A DNA stretch of 63,058 bases, the filler included. It is 20 parts of 20 records of this genome, joined end to end, with 100 filler letters (N's around TTAATTAATTAA, not from the genome) between each part and the next. Parts side by side here need not be neighbours in the genome. Positions count along the whole stretch, not along the records: positions 47,467 to 50,146 come from SRR36015645_10113; positions 50,247 to 53,377 come from SRR36015645_12246; positions 53,478 to 57,360 come from SRR36015645_12296; positions 57,461 to 59,844 come from SRR36015645_12316; positions 59,945 to 63,058 come from SRR36015645_12816; 15 more parts are not named here. One strand, 5' to 3'. Within the stretch, counting starts at the first letter, position 1; each line of letters starts with the position of its first letter. The notes under the pieces are model-generated. The model did no database searches. It was not told the DNA's origin and saw only the letters and a list, made by a program, of their open reading frames with translations. Positions 49,372-61,062 of this stretch are shown piece after piece. A program made the position numbers and the translations under genes.

Positions 49372-50146
49372 TATAAGGTGACTCCCATTCGTAGGAATTT
49401 AGATACTTGCGAATTTCTTGATAATATGTTTGATCATACATTTGATAACATTACTCATAATGTAGAAACAGTCAGTTATGAGGAAAACCCTAGCTCATAC
49501 TCATATAAAAGTATTGAGCCTCAAGTCAATATTACCGAAAATGGTGAAATACGATCACTATATCATGTAACTACCGTGGACGTTACGGTTTTAGGCCTAA
49601 AATTAAGCGCTTTACTTGATTCAGGAGCCTCGGTTTCATGCTGTAACTATCAACTTTTTCAAAACACAGAACTCTCTTTGCATTTCTCGGTTTCCCCTTC
49701 AGATTTAGACTACATTTGGGGTATCAACCTGATCAAAATTCCTACAAAAGGTTGTATTACCTTGCCTATCCGTTTCACAGATGATATACTGCTAAATTAT
49801 AAGTTACACCTTATTCCTTCTCTTCCAAAACACCTCATTTTAGGCAAAGATTTCCTAAACCTTCACAACATTACTTTAGACTTTGCAAATGACTCTATGA
49901 TTCTAGGATCAGGATTTCCTAGGATACCCTTTACAAAAGAAATAGAGAGAGATCTTAATGCAAATGTCAGTGTTTTGATCACATCACTTGAAAATGAACC
50001 TGCCAATATTTCAGAATCGACATTTGTTGTGAAATCTCAACCTGATAAGAAAGTATCTCCAGCTAATTCATTACCATTCCAACTACCAATACAACTTCCA
50101 TTACCTTCTCCAGAATTACCAACAATAGTTGTCCAAGATCCGGATT
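49372..50146 (+). mobile_element. Gypsy aspartic protease region, in frame with gag after one TGA; truncated
   Basis: ALLDSGASVSC active site and LILGKDFL motif. Confidence 0.85.
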
Positions 50147-50248
50147 NNNNNNNNNNNNNNNNNNNNNNNNNNNNNNNNNNNNNNNNNNNNTTAATTAATT
50201 AANNNNNNNNNNNNNNNNNNNNNNNNNNNNNNNNNNNNNNNNNNNNTT

Positions 50249-53200
50249 ATTGAGTCGGATGACGAAAATAATCAAGAAGCCTATGTGTCTAAAAATGTGT
50301 ATATTTGTCAAAGAACGGGTGCTACCATAAATACTATGCCGTTGAATGATGCTGCATTGTTACAAGCCAAGAAGTTTCTAATAGAAAACTCAGATGTGTT
50401 TTGTGACGACCTTGCAAAATTGACTAAAGCACGGAATGTGACCCCACAAACAGTGTTTAATGTAGAAGATGAATCGCCGATTATACAGCGTTTCTACTCA
50501 TGTTCACCAGAAGCTCAAGACTTTCTGAAGTCTGAGTTGGATAGACTGTTGAAAGCAGGTCTGATACGCCCATCTAAAAGTCAATTTCTTTCTCCTGCTG
50601 TCTTACCAAGGAAACAAGATCTTACAAGGCGACTGTGTGTGAACTATAAAGTTATCAACCAGAGGACAAAAATCCACAGCTTTCCGCTACCCAAATTTCG
50701 GGATATCAAGAATAATTTGGGACAGATGAAGGCAACTCTGTTCTGTACCTTCGATATTTTTCGGGGATTTTGGCAGATACCGCTCAGAGAAGAGGAGATG
50801 AAGTACACAGCCTTTACGACGATATTTGGAAACTTTGAATGGACTGTTCTTCCCTTTGGTTGCTTAAATGCGTCATTTTGTTTCCAGAGAACTATGTGTG
50901 AGATATTTGATGATTTGCTGTATAAAAATGTGCTAGTGTATGTAGACGACATTTTGTTAGCAGCTAAGACAATAGAGGAGATGTTCGATGTGTTGCACAT
51001 TGTGTTCGAGCGCCTCAGATACCATAACTTGCATCTAAAAGGCAAAAAGTGTTACCTGTTCATGCAGCGAATATCTTATCTTGGGCACGAGATTTCAGCC
51101 AATCAAGTTGAACCTGATAAAAGGAAGACAGACATCATTGAGCGCTTCCCAAGACCTTGTAATACCACCCAGTTGAGGGCCTATCTTGGATTGGTCGGAT
51201 TCTACAAAGAATATGTGCCAGGATTCGCCATGATAGCAACTCCACTCTTTGAATTGCTGAGAAAAGATAGGAAGTGGGTGTGGTCGAACCTCTGTGAAGC
51301 TAGTTTCTGCAAGCTTAGAACAGCTATCATGGAGTACCCAGTGCTCAGAAATCCAGACTTTGATGCAACATTCTATTTGATGTGTGACGCCAGCAATTAT
51401 GCTATAGGCTATGTGTTATCACAGTATGGGGAAGACGATCAGAAGCTACATCCGGTGTCATATTCAGGAAGAACCTTGACAATAAGGGAAAGAATGTTCT
51501 CGACCTGTCAAAAAGAACTTCTGGGAATAATATGTGGAGTGAGATACTATCGAGTCTACTTAGTTGACAGGCCATTTGTGATTCTAACAGACCACATCAG
51601 CCTCAGGCATATCAACAACCTGCAAGATGTGAGCTCAGGACGCCTAGCCAGATGGTCTTTGGAATTACAAGCATACAGGTTCAGCATCCAGCACATTTCT
51701 GGGAAACTGAATTTGGTATCAGACACACTTTCTCGAATCGTGCATAATGAAAAACCGCACATTAATGTTACGTTTATTGACGATAAACAGGTCACTGTCA
51801 ACCAGGATACAAGTGTAATGACAGAGTACACACTCGACTATGAAGAAAACGCCAATGTGAACGTGATTGAAAGTGATAGCCAAAGGAGGGATAAAGTGGA
51901 CACAGTTTCTGATATATTAACCTTCCCACTGGATGAAAGCGAATTTCGCGCAATGCAGAGGTCAGAAAAGAGTTATGCTGATCTAATTGTGTACCTGGAG
52001 CGACAAATAGTGCCTGAAGATGAACAAGCAGCTAGGAGGGTTGTAGCTGAAAGCTCACAGTTCTACATAAGTGAGAGAGGTCTTCTAATGCACTTGCACA
52101 CGCCACGAATGCGAGCCAAGAATGTGCATCCAGAGACAATAACCACAGGCGAATTAGTACAAAAACCAAGCTTTCACCAGCTAGTAGTTCCAAGAGAAAA
52201 GATATCGGACATCTTAAGACTCTACCATGACTCAATGCTGATGACACATGCCGGCATAAGCAGGACATTTGAATTGGTACGACAAAACTACTGGTGGTAT
52301 CGTCTTTACGAATCAGTTGTGGATTATGTAAAATCTTGTCCAGAGTGTCAAAAGAAGAAACGGAACAACAATCAAGGTAAAGCAGAGCTACAGCCAGTCA
52401 AAGTCGTGTGCATACCTTTTCACAAGGTTTCATTAGACCTTGTGGGGCCATTTTCAAAGACTAAGTCTAACAAGAAGTACATATTGGAGGTGACAGATTT
52501 CTTCACTAGATGGACAGAACTAGTGGCATTAAATGACAAGACTGCACCAGAGGTCGCCCTAGCACTGTTTGACAATGTTTTCTGCAGACATTCAGTTGTG
52601 AGAGTGATACAACATGATCGTGGGTTGGAATTCATGAATCAACTGCTAGATGCTTTGTGCAAGCTATTGAAAGTTAAAAAGATAGCAAGTTCATCATATC
52701 ATCCACAATCACAAGGTATGTCGGAAAGAAGCCACCAGACTATCACAACTCATCTAAGATTTCTAGTATCGGAACACCATGACACATGGGACTTGTATCT
52801 CAATTCATGTGTTTTTGCAAGCAGGGTGTGCAACAACCCTACACTGGGAGAGATGAGCCCATTTAGATTGCTGTATGCAAGGTGTCCGACATTACCCAGC
52901 GTGGGAGAAGATGATAAATTTACTGTGTGTGCGGAAAATGCATACAGTGAATACCTATCGCAAATGCTGGACAAAATAGAAGAGACCAAAGCAGAAGTGG
53001 CCAAAAGTATAGAAAACTCTCAGGCAAAGTACAAGCAACAATATGACAAGAAGTCAAAGATGATAGAGTACAAAGTTGGAGACTATGTGCTTCTGAAGAG
53101 AATGGGGAATACCAAAAAGGGATTAACCACTAAGCTACTTGACAAATACGTAGGACCCTATTATATTGTGCAACGAAACAATATGACAGTGAGATTGAGA

Positions 53201-53377
53201 AGTGTAGAAGACAACACTTTGTTATCAACACCTGTACATATAGATAGGCTACGACCATATCTAGACCCAGAAATGAGAGGTTTAGGAAGAAATTCAAGCT
53301 CAGAAGATGAAGCTGAAGAAAACATGGCAAGAAGAGAAGAAAGCCAGGAAGTAGCAGAGCCACAGACGCCAGAAAAC
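50249..53377 (+). mobile_element. pol: Gypsy/Ty3 pol (RT, RNase H, integrase with GPY/F)
   Basis: RRLCVNY, GFWQIP, PFG, VYVDD, CDASNYAIG, KELL, TDH, H...HAG...CPEC, DLVGP, HDRGLEF, GMSER, YVGPY. Confidence 0.96.
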
Positions 53378-53477
53378 NNNNNNNNNNNNNNNNNNNNNNN
53401 NNNNNNNNNNNNNNNNNNNNNTTAATTAATTAANNNNNNNNNNNNNNNNNNNNNNNNNNNNNNNNNNNNNNNNNNNN

Positions 53478-56400
53478 CGCAGCACCATTACTGGAGCACC
53501 AACTTTCAAAATCAGCTTGTGTGGTGGAGTTCCTGTTGGCTCTAGCGTATTCAAAAACTCTGCAGGATACATAACAGCTTCATCATCACTCATGGTGGTG
53601 TCGACTGATATATATGCAGTTTTATCTCCTGGAAATTTTGTAATGAGTGTATGATTCATCTCAGAACCTACGATGTTGTGTGGTGCAAGCAGTGCACGTT
53701 CAGAGATCCAGTCCTTATCTGAATAATTTTCCTCCAAGTTAGGATACACTCTGTCAATGAGATCCTGCTCAGAATCCACCAATGTGCCAAGGTCATCCGG
53801 AACCTCTATTATGTCTCCTGGACCTTCATGTGGGATTTGACCATTTCCTACTTTTAGCAGCAATTCGGCAAATTTGGCAGAATGTTGATCACCATTCAGA
53901 TAACAGCGCATGTTTGTGGTCAACTGCAGTTTCTCTACATGTTTCCAAAGGAAAGATGATTTGAAGCAGGCATCAATCTCATTTGCTTTCATGCCACCTG
54001 GAACTACAGGAAGCGTCTGACGAAAATCCCCTAGAAATACAACTGGTATGTTTCCCATTATGCCAGGTCTTTTGGTAATGTCCTGCAGTGTTCTGTTTAG
54101 AGCTTCTATGGCTAGTCGGTGTGCCATCGTTGCTTCATCCCAAACTATCAGTTTACACTTTTGAAGTAGACTCTCCATAGCAGAGCCTCCTTTTACGCTG
54201 CACATGGAAGTATCACTCAGCTTCAATGGAATTTTGAATGTGCTATGTGCTGTACGTCCACCAGTTAATAACTGAGCTGCTATGCCGCTGCTGGCTGTTG
54301 CTATTGCTACTTCCCTACGCGATCGCACTTTCGCTAAGATAACGTTGGTCAGAAATGTCTTTCCAGTGCCTCCTGGCGCATCAACGAATACCATGCCACC
54401 TTGGCCATCATCAATTACCTTCATAATCCTGTCATATGCAGCCTTCTGGTCTTCGGTCAACTTCTTCTCAGTTTCGTCAACCTCTAGTTGAAGTTGATCA
54501 ACATCATACGATGTTTCTCGAAGAATTTCTCGTGCCAAACGGTTATCATCAATCTGGTGTGGTTTTGGTAGACCATATACCTCCAATTGTGCTCCTCCCA
54601 TTCTCTCAACATTGTCTGAAAGTTTAACCAAAGCCTCATTGAAAATCTCTTCTGTAAATTGCATTGCTGGCTGTCTGGTTGCCTTGCGGTATTCATGAAG
54701 AATGTCATCAGCCATAGCCTCCTTAAACTTATCCCACATTGTTAGAGGTTCTGCAAGATCACATGTTGTTAGAATGATTGCCAGCAGGTTGCGCAACATA
54801 GAAGCCGATGATGACAGTGCTGCTTCTTCCATACATTTATACAAATGATCATCATTTTCTAGCAGTCCAAGGCTGTTGCACGCTTCTCTGTATGTGACAC
54901 ATTCTTTACCATTGACTGTTCTCAAATCAGCAAATGAGATAGGCGACATCTTGTGATGTAGCAGTAGTCTCAAGTAGAAGCACTCAACCTGCTTAGGATG
55001 AACTGTGTACACACGTCCTAATGTGCTTGCCCTTTTAAAAGTAGTGGCCTGACCATCGACTAAAACTTTATCTCCTATTTCTCGCTTTTTCCACTTCTTC
55101 TTCATCCATGTAAAGCACTCGGTAACGTTGGTATAGAGCAGATTGCTGATATAAATCTTGTCAGCGTCGCCATCAGGATAGTTTTGGTACGACGTGCATA
55201 ATTCAAAAAACGCTGTCAGCATGGTTTTAGGTGGCTCTTCTGCACGCTGATAAGCAGTTTCCTCACTGAATACTACCCTTTGCCCATCTTCTAGGTGTAC
55301 TGGCAATGCTATAACTGCTGGGAAATGATCTTGTATGGGGAATTCAAATAGCCGTGAACATGCCTCCGATGCGCTAACATACCTCGCTGTTTGATACATG
55401 TGCACCTCATCCTTTGGGCTTTCGCTCTGCAATTTGTAAATGGCCATATCGCAACCTTTGTGCACGTATTTTAATACATATTTAATGCCCTTTATGCTTA
55501 TGCACAATTCCACATTCGTATGTGCATTAAACCGCCGCATAATATAGGGAGAGTGAGGCACGACCCAACGATTGTCAATGGTTAGTAATTTGCCTTTCAC
55601 CATCTTCTGTGCTTCAAAGCCTCCATCACCAGGTCTTCGACGTCGGTACAGTGGATACCCGTCATGATCTGCCTGTGTGTTAGCTATGAAATCCTTTGGG
55701 TAGCCTTTAGTGCACACTTTATCTTTCATACATGGGTTTTGCGGGTTAACAACTCCGCATGGTCCATGTATCATATTCGCTAAAACCAGTTTGTGTAGCT
55801 CAGGATCTACATCAGGGTCAGGCAGTTCAGCTGATATGGCTTTGTCGATGTTACTGTCCCGTATCTTGTCTTCTGGTGCTAGCCATAACAGGATATGTGC
55901 ATGCGGGAGGCCTCGCTTTTGGTATTCGATGCTGTACAAGTGTGCGATGACTTTTCCAAATACTTGCTCCTTAATCAAAGAATCCATAAGTTCCTTCCGC
56001 TTTAGATTGAACACTCTAACAATAACATCGGGTCTGTCATCTGGATATTGGCCTGGCAGCAGAGCATTAGTGATTTCTGGCCATTTCGGATTTGCTGTGA
56101 ACGTGATAAAGAGTGATGGACGACCCATTTTACGAACATAGCACATTGCATCTTGTTGGCGCTCATGCATGTACCGTGGACCTCCTGTGAAGCTAGATGG
56201 TAGAATTACCTTTTGTCCAATTGAGCCTGGGTCTGCATCATCAGCGAGAAGGGCATCGTGTAGATTTCCATAATTCTCTGCTCTAAGCTTCGATTGGTTA
56301 AGTTTAACAAACAGAAGACGTTCAGTTTCTACCTTGGCATATTGGTCTACTACATAAATTTGGAAGAGACGCTTCCCTCTCATCAGTGTGTTGAAATCAT

Positions 56401-57358
56401 TTCTTATCATTAATCTGTATGCATAATGCTTGGTAGCACTGGCTTTTGGCTGTCCGGGCATGCTAGCTTTACACATGTAGCCATCGTCACCATAAGGCAG
56501 TAACATCGGATATTGCAGAGGGTCGTATGACCGGTGTGTTTCCGATATACGTTGTAATGTCGAATCCCTGTGTCTGAGCACGATATCCCTTTTCCCATGT
56601 TCGGTACCTGTCATAAGAACGGCTACCTCTTTACATGTCGGAGCATTTAATCGTCCAGGATGTACACCTGTTGGCGTCTTGTCAGCTTGGATAACTAACT
56701 TGTAGTCTTGGTTTTGGTGACTATTCAAAAATTCCAGGGCCATTTTGAAGCTTTTGACATAGGCATTGTGGGAATGTAGCATAGTCTGTAGACTTGTGAT
56801 ACGTTCAGCACTTAAACCTTCCATCACTTTACAGCGACGCTCTGCTTGTTGGCTTCCTTCTAGAAAATATATTTGTGCGAACTTTGTCTCTTCTCCAGGC
56901 ATTGGTAACATGCTGCCGATTCGGTGATGTATTTGACCGTTGATTGTAAATGTTGGATTCCATGTGCCTACTTTAGGTCTAACTTCATTACAGCCCATGG
57001 ACGTCATTTGAAATGTTTTGTTGTAGAGATTGACCTCGTTCAGAAAACGCTTAGATTCACTACTCTCACCACTCAGTAATGTTTTCAGTGGCTCAGGTGG
57101 TACATTAAAAGCTGGCAGGCAAACTTTTCCACTGTTGCAACATAGTCCTTTGGTCTCACCGCTCCATTTAAATGCTCCACAGTGCAAGCATACTTGATCC
57201 ATATTGCCTATGTTGCTAGCTTCGGGTGCATCACCTGGACTGTAGCTGAGTGCTAATTTTCGCGTCTGTTGTAAGCTAGTATCCTTCTTTTGTTCTTTGA
57301 ACTTTCTCTTAGATTGTATCCTAACTTCGCGTTGTTCTGGTGTTTCTCGTGCTATAGC
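53478..57358 (-). mobile_element. Helitron RepHel (HUH Rep + PIF1-type helicase), both ends truncated
   Basis: RETPEQREVR repeat, CCNSGKV, LPSSFTGGPRYM, FITFTANP, EYQKRGLPHAHILL (HUH), KYVLKYVHKG (Y2), DAPGGTGKTF, WDEATM, GDFRQTLPV, LTTNMR. Confidence 0.96.
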
Positions 57359-57691
57359 TTNNNNNNNNNNNNNNNNNNNNNNNNNNNNNNNNNNNNNNNN
57401 NNNNTTAATTAATTAANNNNNNNNNNNNNNNNNNNNNNNNNNNNNNNNNNNNNNNNNNNNAAGCATCTAAATTGCATGTAGTTTGGCACAAATAACAACG
57501 TATATATATAGCGGTACAGTGTAGTGCTTAGTGTGGAAAACTTCATTAAAGCTAATTTATGAAAATGGGACTATATATACTGTATACATATTATGTACGT
57601 TACAGTAGCTAACGTTTAGAAACTTTGTTTGCATAGTTTGCTCAACGCATAATTGAACTTCTTGGTAAATTCACATTTTATTCGTACAAAG

Positions 57692-59770
57692 TCAAAGGTC
57701 TGGAAATCTGAACTGGCCTCGGCTTCCAGCAACCTCAGGCGGCGCAAGTTTCCTTTCAACATTTTCCACCGTATAATAAATTTTGTCCTCGCGAAGAGGC
57801 CACTTGTAACAACCACGTGATTGGTGCATAACATTTACTTCTATTTGCTCCCTTACAATGGATGTGATTTGGCCAGGATATAGTTGGCCATCGCCATCAT
57901 AACATACGAGTACCCAATCATCCTTGGAAAAAGTGAGCACTTCTTCAGTATCCGAATCAGCGCCACAGTAGGAAATCTCCATAGATTTGTCTGCTTGTGC
58001 AGTTGCGTACAATGACAAACAGTTGCTAACAATGCAATATTTGGCCATGTGCATATTTCGAATGCCAACAACCGGGGGCACGTTATCACGCCACATATCC
58101 TTTTCCGTTACAAAATCCTCTATATCCTGCTGGCTGACATAGAACACTTTTGTACTTTGCATCAACTTTGTCACTTCTCTTGCAAAATCCTGTGCAGACT
58201 GTACTATAATGGCATCATCATTTTTGCTCATCACTTTCCTGCGTATCAGGCTTTTGGCATTCCCACCTACGCCGTCAACAATGCCCTTGCCATGCGACGT
58301 TGCAAAATACTTCCATGTGAACGGTTTTTTGAACGTTGACCCCAACTCATGCACTAACTTCATCATGTACTTATTCTTGAATTCCGACGATGGTCCGTCA
58401 CTCCATATTATTTCTTCCTTGATTTCATTTGTTTGGGTAGGGCTTTCATACAGAGTTTTGTAAACTTTGAAAAGAAATGTTGCTATCGAATCCTTATCTT
58501 TGTTCCGCGCATCTGAGCAAATAACCATTGTATCGCACAGCCCACCAGTTAGTATGGCTACGGTGAACAACATCACGCTACTTCTACTCCATAATGCTGA
58601 CTGAATTTCATTTTGATATTCGCACGAGTAGTTCATTGCGAAATCAATTTGAACAGTTCGTTTTTCGTCTGACATTTTGTCCTCATCAAAGTCTAGGAAC
58701 TGGATTCGCTTGATGTTAATGTGAATGGCTGTTTCCTGCCAGTCATCACGCAATTTTGAGCAAAGCTCACCGATGCATCCCTGCTTGATGTTGCAGCGCA
58801 GGTGCTTTTTGACACGGTTCTCATTATCGGGGGACTCCTTTATCTCGATCTCCCATTCTTTCCACATTATGTTTTCTGCTGCATCTCTTGCTGGTAAGTT
58901 GAATAGTTCACCTCCTTTGCAGGTTTCACATTTTTGCTGCCAGCATAAGGAGTTGAGTGACGAATCACACTGGAATTTTTCCCAAAAATTATCACCTGCA
59001 TTCAGTGCAGCTAACTTCAGTCTCCAGTTCTCATGAAGTTTACACTTGCACTGGTCTGCTGGGGAATCTTTTAGTAGCAGTATGTTTTTTGGCCTCAATT
59101 CGCAAAACTTTGCAAAGCTGACGTGCATTTCGGCATCAACACTGCTTTTATACACTTGGTATGCTTCTCGCAAGAAGACTGTTAGGTAATATTTCCGTTT
59201 GCGAGTTTTTTTCCCGTCGATCCATAACACCATTTCGTCCTTCATGCCTGGTGTCGTGTATGTAATGTCCGGACGAAAATAAAACTCTGCAACAGCATCT
59301 TTCATTTCGTCAGACAAAGGTTGGCGACCACCTATACTGGTATTGTACTGTCGTTCCAGATTTAACCCAATGCGATTGGCTAAGCCGGCCACAACAAGTT
59401 TTTTCTTTGTTGGTGAAAAAGGTAAAGATCTGTATGACTTGTTCAATGCTTTTCCAAAGCTTTGAGGGCGTTTGTATGATTTTGTAGGAGTAGGTGTAGC
59501 CGACTGACTTGGTCCTGGTTCATTTTGATCTGGATCACGGTTGGCTGCTCTCTCCCTTTGCTTGGTACGTGACTGACGTTTTCGCTCTGCTGCCGTCTGC
59601 TTATATAGCAGTTTTTGCTCATCTGTCATGGAATTCACCCTTTCCTTACGGAGGACTTCTACTCGTGCATTCTCTGTCTTCTTGAAATCACTTGTCTGCG
59701 CTTTCTTCTCCTTATATTTCTTTGCAGCTTTTCTGTTCGCTGATCGCTTCTTCTCCAGAATGTCATCCAT
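57692..59770 (-). mobile_element. Sola-like (probably Sola2) DDD transposase, intact 692-aa ORF with C-terminal Tudor-like domain
   Basis: FCELRPKN, CKCKLHEN, IDFAMNY, WSDGPSSEFKN, ATSHGKGIVDGVGG. TTTCAG acceptor 2 nt before the ATG and AATAAA about 10 nt after the stop. Confidence 0.75.
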
Positions 59771-59997
59771 ATCTGAAAATTAAATTACTTTTTACAAGTC
59801 GGAATCACTGTAATTTAACAGGGGTGCAGGGTGGGGGGGCAGAGNNNNNNNNNNNNNNNNNNNNNNNNNNNNNNNNNNNNNNNNNNNNTTAATTAATTAA
59901 NNNNNNNNNNNNNNNNNNNNNNNNNNNNNNNNNNNNNNNNNNNNTATTCGTAGTGAGCGAATGTGGACTTGCTTTAGACAGGTTGATTTTAATCATA

Positions 59998-61062
59998 ATG
60001 GGAACTAGGGGTAGGAGAGGTAGTGTCAACGACATGAGAGGCAGACGGGATAGCTTATCCACACAAAATGCACAGGGTCAGGGCCAAGATTCTAACGACG
60101 AGTGCGGTATATGCAATTTGGTGGTTGCAGGCAAACAAAAAGCTCTAAAGTGTACAGTATGCGCACGCTGGTATCATATCAAATGTGATGGCATAGCTGA
60201 GGATGTATATGATCTATTAGTCGGAAACAAAAGACTAAGTGATGCGTGTCATTGGTTCTGTAAGGCATGTAATGTTGCTTCAGCTAACCTCCATAAAGCG
60301 CTTCTATCATTACAATCTAAGCAAGAAAAGCTTGAAAAGGACATGACTGAACTGAAGGTAGAACTGAAAGAAAAAACTGACACCGATGATGTTAAGAAAA
60401 TAATAAAGGAAGAAGGTTCAAAAATCATAGAGGATGAGGTCAAAAAGGAATGCAAGGAGCAGATAGGCAAAGGAATTGAAGATCTTGTTGACACAAAAGT
60501 TAGGGAGGAGCGAGATCGCGAAAATAGGAAAGCAAATATCATTGTGTACAATCTACCTGAAACCGGTGTCAGCGAAGCTGTGTCTTCCCATGGTGATGTT
60601 GAAACTAGAACGGATGATAATCATGACAGTGTAAATGACCAGACTGCATGGAAGGTGGTGCAAGGTGCAAAAGCTAAGAAGTTGGCTAAAAACAAGGATA
60701 TCGAGATAATGAATACTATCGGCGTGACTGTGGATGTAAACTTAGAGGAGAAGATTAAAGATTGCTTTAGATTGGGTAAGAAGGTAGAAGAGGAACAGAA
60801 GGACAATCCTAGACCACTGTTGGTGAAGTTTCATTCAGAGGAGGATAAAGTGACTTTCTTTCAAAGTCTAAACAAGCTTAAAGGCTCACCCTTCAGCATG
60901 GTCAGTATTGAGCAAGACATGATACGAAAAGACAGGGATAGTGCAAAGAAGTTGAGGAGTGAAGCAAAAGAACTACAGCAGAAAGATTCGGGGGACTTCC
61001 TCTACAAAGTAAGGGGTCAGCCAGGTCAACAAAAAATTGTCAAAATCAAAAGGAAAAATTAA
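59998..61062 (+). mobile_element. CR1 LINE ORF1 (PHD finger + coiled coil + RRM-like domain)
   Basis: CGIC...CTVCARWYHIKC...WFCKAC (PHD); RKANIIVYNLPE, FRLGK, PRPLLVKF. Confidence 0.88.

Noticed and set aside
47467..53377. Gypsy gag-pro and pol contigs as one element
   Set aside because: The order fits, but they are separated by an artificial spacer with no overlap, and the other neighbouring contigs are unrelated. Linkage cannot be shown.
3254..59944. Regularly recurring TTAATTAATTAA as a biological repeat or CRISPR-like array
   Set aside because: It always sits inside N-runs of fixed length, so it is an assembly linker. ORF tails reading XXX-LIN are artefacts of it.
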